The position numbers and the translations under genes were made by a program. Shown in pieces: positions 25,139-38,310 of a stretch of 64,000 nucleotides of DNA. Below the pieces are notes generated by a model. The model made no database searches. It was not told the origin of the DNA and saw nothing but the letters and a program-made list of their open reading frames with translations. Numbering within the stretch: position 1 is the stretch's first letter; each line of letters opens with the position of its first letter. Source of the stretch: Rhizodiscina lignyota (taxonomy: Eukaryota); contig ML978127.1 of the NCBI GenBank assembly GCA_010015805.1, positions 372,001 through 436,000 of the forward strand, read 5' to 3'.

Positions 25139-27124
25139 ATGTTCTTCTCTTTCCTTTTGTGCCTGTTCTTCACTTCGTTGGCATACGGTTCTGACTATCG
25201 CGAACGCCTACTCCTCCGACCTCTCCCTCACGGAGCTTTGCTGGCCTCTTTCAACTTTCAAAGCAATGCCTCGTCGACTTCTTTCGAGCAGCAGAACTTC
25301 CGATACTTCCCACGATCGCTCGGCCAAATACTGCAACATACACATACCAAAGAGTTACACTTGAGGTTCAGCTTGGGAAGATGGGATGCAGAAGCTTGGG
25401 GAGCGAGACCATGGAACGGCGCTAGAGAAGGAGGAACGGGCGTAGAGCTTTGGGCTTGGGTAGAGGCTGCTTCGGATAAAGAGTGAGATCTACTGGGTGC
25501 CATGATGCTACCAGGACGCCGCTGAGATATACATAGGGCAAATGCGCGATGGCTAACACTAACCAATGCGCTGTCTGGCCTCTTTTGCGCCTCTCTGAAC
25601 TTCATCGACTCCACAAGGACGATACGCCCCGTAATGACATTCGAACCTGAGGGCAGTCACCCGCCAAATGCATTGGGAAATTTACATCTTCTCCATGGAA
25701 ACTTACCGCATGAGGTTGTATGCACTGAAAACCTCACTCCCTTTCTAAAGCTCTTGCCCTGCAAGGGCAAAGCCGGTATATCAAGTTTGTTTGACGGACA
25801 CAAACTGTTTGATGCCTCCTGGCAGACGATGGCAATTGACGTGCGGCCCGTGTGCACTGGTGATGGCAGCGAGTGTGTATTGGAGATGGAGCAGACTGTG
25901 GATATGGTTCTGGATATTGAGAGGTCGAAGCGGCCACGTGGTAGGCTCCATCTTCCTGGAAACGCTATTCAAGACCTAGATCTAACGTGCTTCAGATAAT
26001 CCTATCCCTCGCCCCGCACCGATCGAAGATATTCGATGCGACGAATCCAAGTTTTACAACTCACATGACTCGTGCATGCCTCTGGCGAAATCAACTGAGC
26101 CGGCTTGGAGTTTGCAGGACGTTTTTGGACGGCAGATATCAGGTGCATGCCCACTCTCCGACGCTAACGATGCGGAGAGGGTCATCTGCGTTAATGCTGT
26201 TCCTGAGCGGACCTTTGAAATTCGATCTGGCGCAGCACAGAGAGTGGCCGAGCAAGTAGCGCCTGACATGCGCTGCACTGCCTTACCCTGTATGTCCCGG
26301 CTATCTACATAACTTTTCACGCGATCTTGCAACTAACCTGCAGCGCAGCTGGACCTGAAGAAGGCTTAGACTTTGATCTATTGTTTTCCGACCAACCTCT
26401 GACACCTCCGGTCAATCTGACCAGACCTCGCCTTCATGCTTTCCGAAGTATGACAGGCCACGGTCAAGAGCGTGGAGGCATCGAGGCAGTCCTCCGAAAT
26501 CCGCTGTCTCAGCCTGTCTCCTTGGTATACATGGAGTCACTACCTTGGTTCATGAAGCCTTACCTACACACTCTCAATGTCGCCGTGTCCGGAAATGGAA
26601 ACAGAGACTTTCAGGCACTAAAGGAGACCTACTACCGCCCAGCAGTTGATCGAGAGCGTGGCACTCACATTGAGCTATTACTTGAGATACCCGCCTCCAG
26701 TACATTGACACTCTCTTATGACTTTGACAAAGCCATCTTGCGATACACGGAATATCCGCCCGACGCCAACCGTGGCTTTGATGTCGCGCCTGCTGTCATC
26801 CGACTCCTACCTAATGCTGCCGACATTGCGAGCACCAGTGCAGACGAGAGGCAAAAGGGCGTCTACCTTCGAACGACAGACCTACTCTTACCTCTTCCAA
26901 CTCCTGATTTCAGCATGCCATACAACGTCATCATCCTCACGAGCACGGTCATGGCACTTGGATTTGGCAGTATCTTCAATCTGCTTGTGAGAAGGTTTGT
27001 CGCCGCAGACGAGGTGGAAGGTGCGACGTTACGAGCTCGGATTGCAGGTTTGAAAGAGAGATTCAGAAGCAAGCTACAGAGTATCTGGGCTAGGCACTCT
27101 GGAAAAGGTGAAAAGGATCAGTAA
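25139..27124 (+). CDS. GPI16: GPI transamidase component Gpi16/PIG-T, 4 exons
   Basis: FPRSLGQIL, GGTGVELWAW, LSGLFCASLNF, EVVCTENLTPFLKLLPC, YTEYPPDANRGF and LPTPDFSMPYNVII motifs. Confidence 0.95.
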
Positions 27125-27204
27125 GATCCTAGGTGGCTTTAGTGTTCTAGCCTGGCGTTCCTTATGCTTGCATAGCGAAGTGGCGTTCAACTAGCTCTGC
27201 CAAA

Positions 27205-28006
27205 TCACTTCCTCACCACCGGGTTTCTGATCTCCACAATGTCCTCCATCAAGCATTCGATCTTCCGCTTCAGTGTCCGGTCGTGTCCCTGAGGAAGATG
27301 CACCCATGCATCCAAGATCTCTTGAATGCCTCTGTCGCTTCGTTCAAGCCACTTCCATGCTCTCATCGCGTTGTCGTGCTTGTTCTTGAGATCCCACTTT
27401 TCTTCCTCTGTCATCGTGCGCAGATGATTACCAGCATCCGTGAAAGGGTCGTTGCCGGAGTCCGAGAGCCTGATCCTGTGGAGATCGAGCGCCTCCTCTC
27501 GTCGCTCGCGGAGGTACTTCAAGCCCAGTCGAAGATATGCATGAGGATAGGACGAAAGGTGGGAGGCGATCCTCTCCGCGCGGTAGAGGTGCGAAACGCA
27601 TAGGCCGTCGCTGAGCAGCCTCTTCAGCGCTAGCCACTTGTGCAGCGGTGGCCCGGGTCGTTGGCGGACTATGGCGACAGTCACGGGGGAGAAAGGATGA
27701 AATTGAACTTCTTCGTAGTGCGACGGCGTGTGTGGTGGCAGCTGATCATCTAAGAGGTCCAGGGCTACGCGAATCTCGCCCTGGTGAATACGTGAGGCAT
27801 GCTGTTGTTCATTTGGAATGAGTAGTGAAAGCAATATAATGGAAACACAGTCCTACCAATTCCAGAGACTCCTCATCTGACATCGCTACGTCAACTTGCT
27901 CATTTGCCGCGTTTGCTTCTTCGGATGCATGCTCCAAGAGTGGAGAATAGGTCGGTGATGGAGCACTGAGAATGGGCACTGACTCAGGAGAATCGCTGGG
28001 ATCCAT
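27205..28006 (-). CDS. Hypothetical protein (about 250 aa, 2 exons)
   Basis: ATG at 28006, a GTAGG...CAG intron near 27806-27856, then a 200-codon ORF with protein-like composition. No family recognised. Confidence 0.55.
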
Positions 28007-28807
28007 CCTGAGTGACCAAATTGGAGAGCGTAATTCGGGTGTGTGGAATGAGTGAGGTGAGCTGTAGAAAAGTTAAAGGTTTTGTTTTAGGCACACGAGT
28101 GTTGGTGCACGTTCCTCCTTCATGATGTGTGGTGAATGACTTTTCATCTGAGCACGGGGCTGTGTCAAACACAATCCGCGTCGCCAAAGACTGACGGTGA
28201 TTTTTGTGTTGCTTGACTAGCTTTTCGCGACGTGGTGCGCGCAGGAGCAGCAACGAGTTCCGCACGAGCAAACAGAGGCTTTGCAACTCCGAGCGACTTG
28301 ATGTTTGAGCGGGGCCTAAGAGGCAGAAGGAAGATACTCCCTTCGACACACTATGTCTCTCGACCAAGGTTTGGAAGCCGATTCGGGTCTCACTGCGCCC
28401 CTCGATGCAATGCTACAGCGGATGCCCGATTACTGCCTATTGCTCTTTCCCTCGCGGTATTGGAGGAGTTTGTAAGACACTCTATACGTAGCAGACAGCT
28501 CGCTCGAATGTTTCCGTGCAACGCGGTCATGTTGTTTGCCTTTCCCAAAGTCGATGGCAATTGAGACCAGCAGAGAATCGCCCCCCATCGTAGTGAATAT
28601 AAGATGAATGAAATCTGAATTAACCCTTCGGGAGATTACTGTATGAGACACATTCGTGCGGTGATTGTAAGATTCCTTGGGCTCACGGGAATCAGATGCT
28701 GATTCAGTAGGCTTGGGACGTGAAATATATGTGCTCATTCAAAAGACGAGAGCATCTTAAAAAGGGTTCAAACAAGAGAACTTTAAGTAGCAGAAAAGTG
28801 ATTGAAA

Positions 28808-29490
28808 AGATAACGAATCGGAGATACGCACATGACCAAATGCCCTCATACTTAGATCTACCGAAGCTATCTCCATAAGACCCTGCATCTTTTCTTCCCC
28901 AGAAAGGCTTATCAGACACACTTTGGCAAAATCCAGGGAGAAATTCCGTGTGAATCATGCAAGTCATTCCATTCCCTGCAAGCATCCCACAGAAAAACGC
29001 CATACCCGTTAACCTTATCGTTCTTTTCCACGAGACTCAGCCAGCTGCTCGGGGCCCAGGAGCATCTCCTTCCGCAAACATCCATCAACGACTCCGAGAT
29101 AGGGAACCCGTCAAGCGTGCAGGCTCCCTATCTAATACCGCCTCGTAGGGCATCCGCTTACCGCCTCACTCACTAGCAAAGGGTTCTAGAAGAATGCCCA
29201 GAAGGGCAGCTCTGTGACCACATTGGGCGAGAGGGCTCGATTGATATGGGGTTTATCTTGGGGAAAGGGACAGGGAACGTCACGCAATCCATGCAATTTA
29301 CATAATCGGAGTCGCTGCGATTGGCCATGAGGCACTTGCGCACTGTGCGCAACGAGCATGCAGATTGCGAATTTTTGGGAATCTCTGATGGTAGGTTGGA
29401 GATACGAGGGCTTTGGGTGAGATAGGGAAGACATGGAGGCTTATCGTATCGGAGGCGTGACTTTTTATCTCTCGCTCGGTGCTTTGATAA
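28808..29490. promoter_or_regulatory. Cluster of 11 HGATAR (GATA-factor) sites
   Basis: Hand-counted matches on either strand starting at 28808, 28867, 28909, 29015, 29097, 29128, 29253, 29420, 29441, 29465 and 29485. Confidence 0.5.
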
Positions 29491-32400
29491 GTTCGAGGTG
29501 ATTGTGCGTGATTCAGGTATATATGATCGAAGGGGAGCTGCTGGAAATTTTCTGAGAGAATGAGGTCCGCATTGACACGTCGACTCCAGGAAGCCGAGAG
29601 AGCTCCGCAAGCTATGGCACTCCACCATGTGAGGACGGACGGATCTAACCACGCTGGACCCACAGTGGAATACAGATTGTTGGAAGCATCCTTTCGAACC
29701 TCACCGTCGTCAACCGTCTAAGATCACGTGCATCAATTCCCCTTACGGTCCAGCGATCGGAAATGCCGGCGGAGAATCCATACATATCTGTTATGGCAAA
29801 GCATTATGAGTGTGCTTTGTATGCATCGCCATCATCCCACTGCCAGCGGGACCGGCCGCCTCCGCAACGCGCAGGACAGTTCAAAAATGCCTCGTCTCCT
29901 CTAATTTCGAGGCAATACGGCGTTTGCTCAAGGATTCGATGAAAATATTCCTGCCAGGCGCACTGTGCGCGTCGAAAATGGAGCGCGAGGTTGAGGGAGG
30001 GCTGGACCCCCACGCAATCCAGACGAGGCTGCCTCGCTGAGTCGCTCACGCGATCCCGCCCAGTTTCGTCGATGGCCCTCCTGCGGTCCTTGCAGCAACG
30101 ACCCCAGGCCTCTCTAATCAAGGGCTCGCCGTTCGCCAACGCAACCTGGATCATACAATGCCCTTTACGCCATGCAAGCAGGGCCAAAGGCCAGTAAAGG
30201 CTGCAGTGCCAAAAAGTTGTCGCGCAGGACCAATCCGCCTTCAACGGGAGCTGGCGGCGCGATTGCCGCCGCTGTGAGATGCATGGGAGTTGCAAGCTTG
30301 TCGGCGCATGTGTGCCTCTGCCGCCTTCCGCAGCGTCTGGATGATGAGTCCTCTCCTATGCCTCTGGTGGCGGGAGAGGTTGGCCAGTGAATGGCGAAGC
30401 AGTCGAACTTGGTCCCGCTTGTGCTCGCGGTGGTGCTGAGCAACTTCGGCGCTATTATTGAACGCCAGCCCGAAGGCCGGAACAAGCCGAGGCGCGGTGG
30501 ATCTCGGATAAAGCACTCCAGCAGCAGCCGTCAAGTCGGGCCGACAGCATCGAACGCAGGAACGGGCTTCCCGTCGTTCCGCCTGGAGCTAGATGCACAG
30601 CACAACGCCCACGCACGCTTCGTGGCAGAAGGAGTGTGTAGGAGAATAATGATTCAACGGGGGAGCCGCTTGTCGTCGGCTTTACTTGCGTCGAAATCTC
30701 ACGTCTAGGACCCTGGCTGCGAGATCTGCACCTAATCATGCATATCGCCGGTTAGAGCAGTCGCACGTGGGGGCTGGCGGACTGTTCCCTGCTCACTGGG
30801 TCCGTGAGCATCGGCGGAGCGGAGACCCTTCAGAATCCAGACATCGCGCGCACCAGCCCACAGAGCGACTTGCGGTGGTGGCGGCGAGGTCATTTCTTTT
30901 GTTATTACTCCGTGTGGAGAAAGAACACGATCGTGGAGGCCGCGTTTTGCGCGACTCAGTAGCTTCCATCCCTGCTACATGTGGGAAGTGCTCGCGCGAG
31001 CGACATCATACGTCGTAGGTGAAAGCGCAGTCATCCGTGAGGCATGAAACGCGCCGCCATTAGCTGGTCGTCAGAGACTTCGGCTTGCCTCTCACACTTC
31101 ATATGCCTCTCGGAAAGGCGAACTTCGCTGAGGGAGTGCTGCATACCTGCATTCGGTGCGGGCCTGCCGATGCGGTGGATCGACGCTACGGACATCGAGC
31201 GCGTGGTCGTGGCGAGCCAGGTTCGAGAAATCTTCCTCTCGCAAGGAAAACGGACGATACGAGCAAATCTTCATGCAAGGTAAGGAAATACGAAAGACGA
31301 CTACATAGTTCCGTGGAGGGACAGAGATGCAATAAGCAAGCTCGTTGCTCGATGGCATTTGGTAAGTCATATGAAAATGAGACGCGGGCCTGGAACGAAG
31401 TAACTGCATATGCAATGCACTGTGAGGAGTACTTGAGGCTCCGCATTTGCCATGCGGCATGGGGCAAGTGCTAGAAAGACACAAGCGTTTAGATGTGGCG
31501 CACGCCTTGTGCTATTAGGCAAAATAGAAACACTTCAAGTTTGAAGTTGGAAGCCGAACACTTTAGATCATGAGGTTGTGGAGCAGTGTGGAGCCATTCT
31601 TCGATCTCCGCAAATATCCGCGCGTTCTGGATCGCAGGTTCTCACACATTGCGTGCCTTGCGATGACTCCCGTCTGCCAGGAAATGGCGAATTATTGCAC
31701 TTCCCACAGCACCGACCCAAGTCCAAGGGACGGGCGTAGGGTACCTCCCTACCTCGACTTTTTCGCTCGACAGTTCGGGCATGGTTCGGCTTTTTTCGGT
31801 CCAAGCCATCCTCAAGGCAGCACGCTGCACGGGAGACATAGATGTGGATTTTCCAGAGTGCCACGTGAATCAGGCTATTCTTGAGAAAGCGGGCCCTATA
31901 GAGAGAATAGAATAGAATCAATGAATCAGTGAAGGGCGGGCCTTCGTCAGACCCCTCTGGACGCTTACAGTGTAGGTGAATTGTTTCAAGCTGTCTCCAG
32001 CCTTGATCTCCTCAGACGGCGCAGCTCGAGGATGATGCTTGATGCTGTCTGCACTAGGGTCGTCTGCAGCGGGTCCGATGGGGCGGAACTGGAAGGGTCC
32101 CCTTGAGAGAAGCTTCAAGGAAGACGGTTGGATGGGCCTACTCCGTAATGACAGTGCAGCCACGCGTTGACGATGGCGAGCATTCAACGATCGACGTTAA
32201 GGGTTTCGCTTGCGGAGCTCTATGTCTTCATGACTCGTGCGACGGATTTGTTGAGACAGAAACAGCTGAGTAGAAGAGAGAGCGCACGAGGGTTTACAGC
32301 GTGACGATGCTAAACTAGGAAATGGTGGGCCGTTCTTGGGAGGCTATAGCTGTACGACCCATCAAATAGAGGCCGGATTTAAGAAGGGCGTAAAGAAATA

Positions 32401-33922
32401 GCAGCACACGATCGGGAGATGTAGGAAGTCTTGCGGTGCAGGGAGAGGCTGCCGTCAATATAGCCGGGGACAAGGGTACTTGCCGCGCGAGAGAGACGGA
32501 GCGCTGGTATTGGAGAGCAGGATGACGCTGTGAGTGGAGCGAACGGGACAACTGGAATTGAGGAGCTGGTAATTGGCCAATTGCCCTCCGCTCACGAATA
32601 AGGCGAGGTGGAGGCGGCTGGGGAAGGTTCGCGGCAGGGTGCGCCACGAGGAGGTGACAAGGTGAGCTCGAGATCGTCACATGTCAGGCCGTGTGTGGGT
32701 GAACTCTCGTGCTGAAGCTGCCCGTATTATTGTATTGCATTTCGCTCTCGCGCTCTTGAAGAAGCAAACGCGAAGCAAACGCAAAGTACAGCTGCATCTG
32801 TGACGAGCATCGGGAACGCCTGCGGTCTTCACACCGGACGACAGGCGTACAGAGTTGTCGTGGTCCATCTGCAGAGCGAACCATTCCAAAGCGATCGACA
32901 GAGAAGATCGAAGATTTGCAAAGACCTCACACGACTCACCTACTGGCTGCTGAGGGTGACGTTCGTCGTCATCGCCAGTCCGCGATATTGTTCAATTCGC
33001 TTTCATCCCTTCCACTTCTCCAGTGACTACAGGACAAGAGGCGACGGAGCCCGCGTCGAGTGTCGAGCACACCACCAAGTCACGGCTGGCCGCATACATA
33101 CAAGCAGACCAAGTTCCGCTCCACAGCAGGCGACGAATGACGGCGAGGCTGGTCTTACCAATCCGTTCGCCTTTGTGTATCCCACTTCTCCACACGACGC
33201 CGACGTAATCACGAGCGGACATCCAGCAGCATCGTCGCGCTGCGCTCCTCCTCCTCCACCTCCCCTCTACCCGTCTGCGACGACGACAGTGCGCACAATT
33301 GGGCGTATAGATATACAGAAGCGCCCCGTCGCGACGGCGCCGCGGCCGAGAATTCCAATTTAACGAGTGCAAGACCGCCGCACTTGGGCGCCACCAATTG
33401 CCCCCCACTAATCGCATCCCGCGGCAGTTGGCTAGTGCTCACCACTCACGCTTCACGGCCAAGCACCTCCAACCTGGTACCGGCATGCAGTCCGGCATGC
33501 TAGCCAGCTAGCCCGGCGCAAATAATCCTCTGCTGCGAGAGAACGAGCTGCGCTAGGCCAAACTCGAGCCCCTCCAGCGACCCGGAGGCGTGCCAGCGAC
33601 ATTTCATTTCGTCGCCAACCTCATCACCCCATTCAATATCCTCCCACGCAGCACCGCACCGCACCGCACAGCCCTTCCTGCTGCTGCATCGCTCAGCTCA
33701 CTCAATTCGGCGGGTGAGAGCCGCAGAAGCAATTCGAGGCCACCTCTCCGCACCCCGCTGTGCGACCGACCAAACCTGTCTCAGTGGTGCGGGGACTTCT
33801 TACCGGTACGTCTCCAACCCATACATACCTCTGCTCTCTGCAACCACATGCACTTGGCGCAACAGCTCCCTAATGACATTGGACAAGCAGTGTTTCTGGA
33901 GACCGCTGGCCATGCTGACGAC

Positions 33923-36900
33923 ATGAATGTCGCAGCAGCCTCCGCTCCATCATCGCACGCCGTCTTCGACGAAGCCGCTGCGTCTGAGTCTCCCGACTCG
34001 CAGGCCTTTTCGACCGCCGCGACCTCTTCGCCGCGACAAGTTCGCTTCCCACCAGGACATCATCTCGCCGACCACTATTCCTCTGCCTCCTCCTCGACAA
34101 TCCCTTCCCTCACATCGGCGAGCACATTCGAGAGCAAGCTGGAGATCTCACCATCAGAAGCGGCTGCTCGAAAGGGCATGCTGCAAGACTCTCTGTTTCC
34201 TGCATTCAGAGATGACGCTGCCAGCGACGGCATGGCAAGCCCGGAGGAGTTGCAGAAACGCGATCCGCTGGGTACGCAAATATGGAAGCTGTACAGCAAG
34301 GCCAAGACACAATTACCAAACTCCGAGCGCATGGAAAACCTGACGTGGCGAATGATGTCGATGAATTTGCGTCGGTTAGAGCAGCAACGTAAAAAGTGCG
34401 TGCCTCCTCCATTGATTTCGTTGACGATGCAGTCCATTAACAGGATGCGATTTAGCCAAGCGCGAACAGCCAGTAATACCAAGTCCACGACGAATGCACC
34501 GAGCGGCATTGCGCAACTTCGAAAATCAATTGATGCGAACTCGGAAAACAAGACGCAGCAAACATCGGAGGCAATGAATCTCGACGACTTCATTTTCCCA
34601 TCATCTGTGGCATCCCCAGCAGGCATCTCGCCGTCACCATCGGCGGGAAAGTTGGCAAGTGATCATGCGACAGCGCCGGCCATTGAGATCAAGCGCGATG
34701 AAAAAAGCAACGATGATGATGACCTCCAAGTTTCACGTGCTTCGGCCCCGTCCGAAGTGCCTGTGCTTACTTTGCATCACGAGTTCGATTACGTTCAGAG
34801 ACGCGTTCGGAAAACCAGCATTGACGAGCGAAGAGTGAGTTGTACCATCGCGCTGACATTTGCCGTTCTGTTTTACTAAAACAGTCTCAGCCCCCAAAAC
34901 GACGTGCAGAGGCTTCACCTCAGGTTCCTGCTGTTAACAACGTGTCAATGCCAAATGAGCCAGATGCTGAAGCTGCATTGCACAATTACTCTCTCGACCC
35001 CTCTCAAGGCAGCTCCATCTTCCAACAACAGCACGGCTCAAGTCAGGCACACGTCCCGTTCAGTCTCGATACTTTCAACCTCGAGAATGACCCTATCATT
35101 TCTTCTGCAGGTCCTTTCCAGCAGAACTTTGGATTCTCTCCTGTTGGCTCTCCGGCCAATCATAGCGGACAGTTCTCATCGATGTACAACCCCACTCCAA
35201 TGGGCTCGTCACTTCAATCTAGTGACCTTCACTCACCTATTGGCAGCACCTACCACTCGAACGTAAACACGCCGCAACCTCTCACGGAAGGAGAGGGCAT
35301 GTACTTCGATCGCAATCCTGTCGACATCCAGCGCCAACGAATGCACGGCTACGGTACTCAGACTTCGAACCTCTCCAACTCCATGCAGCCTCAATATATC
35401 TTCCATCCGAATGGCGACTCGATGTTTGCGCCAGTCACGTCATCAAACCAAATGCCCGCATTCTCCGCCCCTCAGTATAGCATGCAAGGCCATGTTGACC
35501 CGACCCAGGTCCTGCATGCCGACTTTCCCACATCATCAAGATCACCGGGCATGCAACTACCACAAAGAAACGAGATGTTCACGTTCGGTGGTGATTCGGA
35601 TGACAATGAAGATGACGAAAATACTAATTTCGCCGATCGTTCTATGCTCATTGCCTCAGAATTCTCTCCGATGGAAGATCCATCCCTTGAGCTGAACAAC
35701 GGATTCCAGTGGGAACCGAACTTGTCGAACCAGTTCAACCCTACCCCTGCAAGATATCCTGCCGGCCCGCCGCGGAAAACTGTTACAATTGGACCAACGG
35801 AGCTCGTACCATCTCCACAAGACTGGACATCGAGCGGTCTGCCTTCTCGTACGCATGGTTCGGCAGCGTCAGTCAGCGAGATCCGGAATCGAGTCAACGA
35901 CCCGAGACGTCAAAACAAGATTCCAAGAACTGCGTCCACACCCAATACTGCTGGCATGGTCGTTCCTAACCAATACATGCATCATCCATCTCAGTCTTCA
36001 CCAAACTCCCCTGGCGAGTCTGGCTTCACATCTGCAGCGCCATCACGTCCAGATTCTCCAAGCAATGCTGGAGGCAAGCAAGGCGATGGAAATGGGCAGC
36101 CTACGACTTGCACAAACTGTTTCACTCAGACTACCCCATTGTGGAGGAGAAACCCGGAAGGACATCCTTTGTGCAATGCATGTGGCTTGTTTTTGAAATT
36201 ACACGGTGTCGTGAGACCGCTCAGCTTGAAGACCGATGTCATTAAGAAGCGAAATCGTGGCAGCGGAAACACGGTCGGTGCGAGTGGGTCAGGGGGAGCC
36301 GGAGGCAATTCGAGAGGTACCAAGAAGAGTAGTCGGAAAAACAGCATTGCTCATACACCTGCTACGACGCCAGGAGGCCCGAAATCTGGACAGCAGAGCC
36401 AAAACCAGAGCCGTCAAGAGTTCCAGCCTAGCGAGAGCGAGAGCCCGAAGTCAACAGTGACTCAAGGAAGTACGGGAAGCACCGGTGTCAAGAGTGGTGT
36501 CGTTCCCATTGCTCCTGGTCCGCCCAAAGGTCCAACTCCACAACAGCAACAAGCAGCAAGAAGTAACGTCCAAGCTAGTCAAGGCATGGCTAAACGCACA
36601 CGTCGACAATCACGTGCCGGTGCCCAGGATTTCGAAATGGGCGATGCAGACGACACTTCTGGTAAATCTATGCCCCATGCTCAAACGCATGCTCAGGCAC
36701 CAGCGATGCCACACTCTGGGCCAGCGACGAGGCGGAAAGAGGCTCAAATGCAGCAGATGCAGTCGCAGTCAGCCCAGCAGCAGATGGCACAAGTCCACCC
36801 GATGGGTGTCCAACACAACATGGCACAGATGAACATGATACAGAACATGGCACCTGGACAGCCCATGGTCGGTGGTGCAGGAGGCACACCAGGACAAGGT

Positions 36901-36942
36901 GGTGGACCGCAGGAGTGGGAATGGCTGACGATGAGTCTCTGA
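33923..36942 (+). CDS. areA: Nitrogen regulatory GATA factor AreA/NIT-2
   Basis: [13 protein letters not shown]...[23 protein letters not shown] finger [50 protein letters not shown] and C-terminal EWEWLTMSL. Introns at 34396-34443 and about 34835-34884. An alternative in-frame ATG lies at 33848. Confidence 0.96.
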
Positions 36943-37174
36943 TTCTATCGATCAGCTCAGTACACGATTCCATTCTGCCTTACGGTTCTCTTTCAACTCA
37001 TGAACATGATCTATCCTGCTCTCTCAGATACCCCAATGGATTTCCTATGTTCGAGCGATCACGAACGATCAGCAACAAGCAACAACTTTCTTGTTTTGTC
37101 CGTCATGCACTCGCCTGCAGCGCGACAGCAGCACTCGTCTTTCGTAATGGCGCTCCGTGGCGATTAGCACCTTC

Positions 37175-37375
37175 GAGGCCGGAGGAGGCAGGCGCTCAGG
37201 CCTCTTCACCCCACTCGTTTCCTTCCTGTAATATATGCACACTTCTCCATACCGATGCTGCCGCCGTCGCTGTTCCTGACGGGCGTGCTTTCTGACTCTC
37301 CTGCGGAGGAGGCAGGCGCTCCGCGACGTGAGATGTCGGGTGTAGAAAGACGGAGGAGGCAGGCGCTCCGTCTTT
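37175..37375 (+). repeat. Three copies of CGGAGGAGGCAGGCGCTC, each at the top of a stem-loop, in the presumed areA 3' UTR
   Basis: Exact 18-mer at 37180, 37304 and 37351. The flanks of each copy are self-complementary. Confidence 0.9.
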
Positions 37376-38310
37376 GTTGTCTCTTTCAGATGACATTGAG
37401 TTGCGATACCCATAGACTAGGGCGTGATGTTACTTTTACGGGTCTATTGGGTTGGCAGATCCATTGATGATTATCTTTTATTCACATGTCGTGTGGTTAC
37501 CCTCTACTATTTCCCCTTTCCTTTTGACTGCGCTGTTTCCGAGTTGTTCTGGCGATTCCCGTAGACTGCTGTGGCTTGAGTCTTGCTTTATCGCCGCTCT
37601 TGTTTGGCGGCCGGTTGTTAATGGCTTCACTGTTGACGTTGTCGCATGCGGATGGGCTAGACCTTATGATGGATTTGACTTTGGTCCGTTACTTTTACGT
37701 CACGTAGACCTCGGGGCGTTGTGCAAATACAGATACGGAGGCGATGGATCGGCTCCGACACGCTTGCAAGCGTCAGCTGCTGGTGCTGCCGGGCTCTTGG
37801 TCCACAATTAATGAGTGAATTGAATTAAATTGAGATTGCGAAGGAGCAATTGAACGAGGAATCTTGATCGACCGTGTCCTTAGTATTGTGACTGATATTC
37901 CTCTTGCCCACACATAATGAATAACTCAGGAGCTAATGTACTAACGATGGTCTCTAAGAGACAAGTAGTAACTAGAACCTAGAACGGATCTTTACCGCTT
38001 AATAGCTCAGATTGAACCGAGCTATTCGCCATTTTCGTGGAGAGGCGAGTATCGCATGATTGTAAACTTAACATGGAAAAGGGAGACAATTCTGACAATG
38101 AAGGAGACATTGTACAGGTGCAATATTTCATGTGAGTCGAGACTACGTCCAGATCATACAAAGATCTCGCGACAGCCCATCTAGGTCTAAGTAGTGAAAA
38201 CCTCCAGCTCAGGTGGGTCTATGGTATACATGGCGTTTATAGTGACCCAATTATGACCAAATACGCCGGCGCTATGCAAATGAATATCTCCCTTTTACCA
38301 AGAACACATC

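Noticed and set aside
29800..33450. Many overlapping 60-190 aa ORFs upstream of areA
   Set aside because: Arg/Ser/Pro-rich translations typical of GC-rich non-coding DNA, with no domain or consistent exon chain.
37175..37375. The triple repeat as a CRISPR array or transposon end
   Set aside because: Eukaryotic context, irregular spacing, and no cas gene, transposase or target-site duplication.
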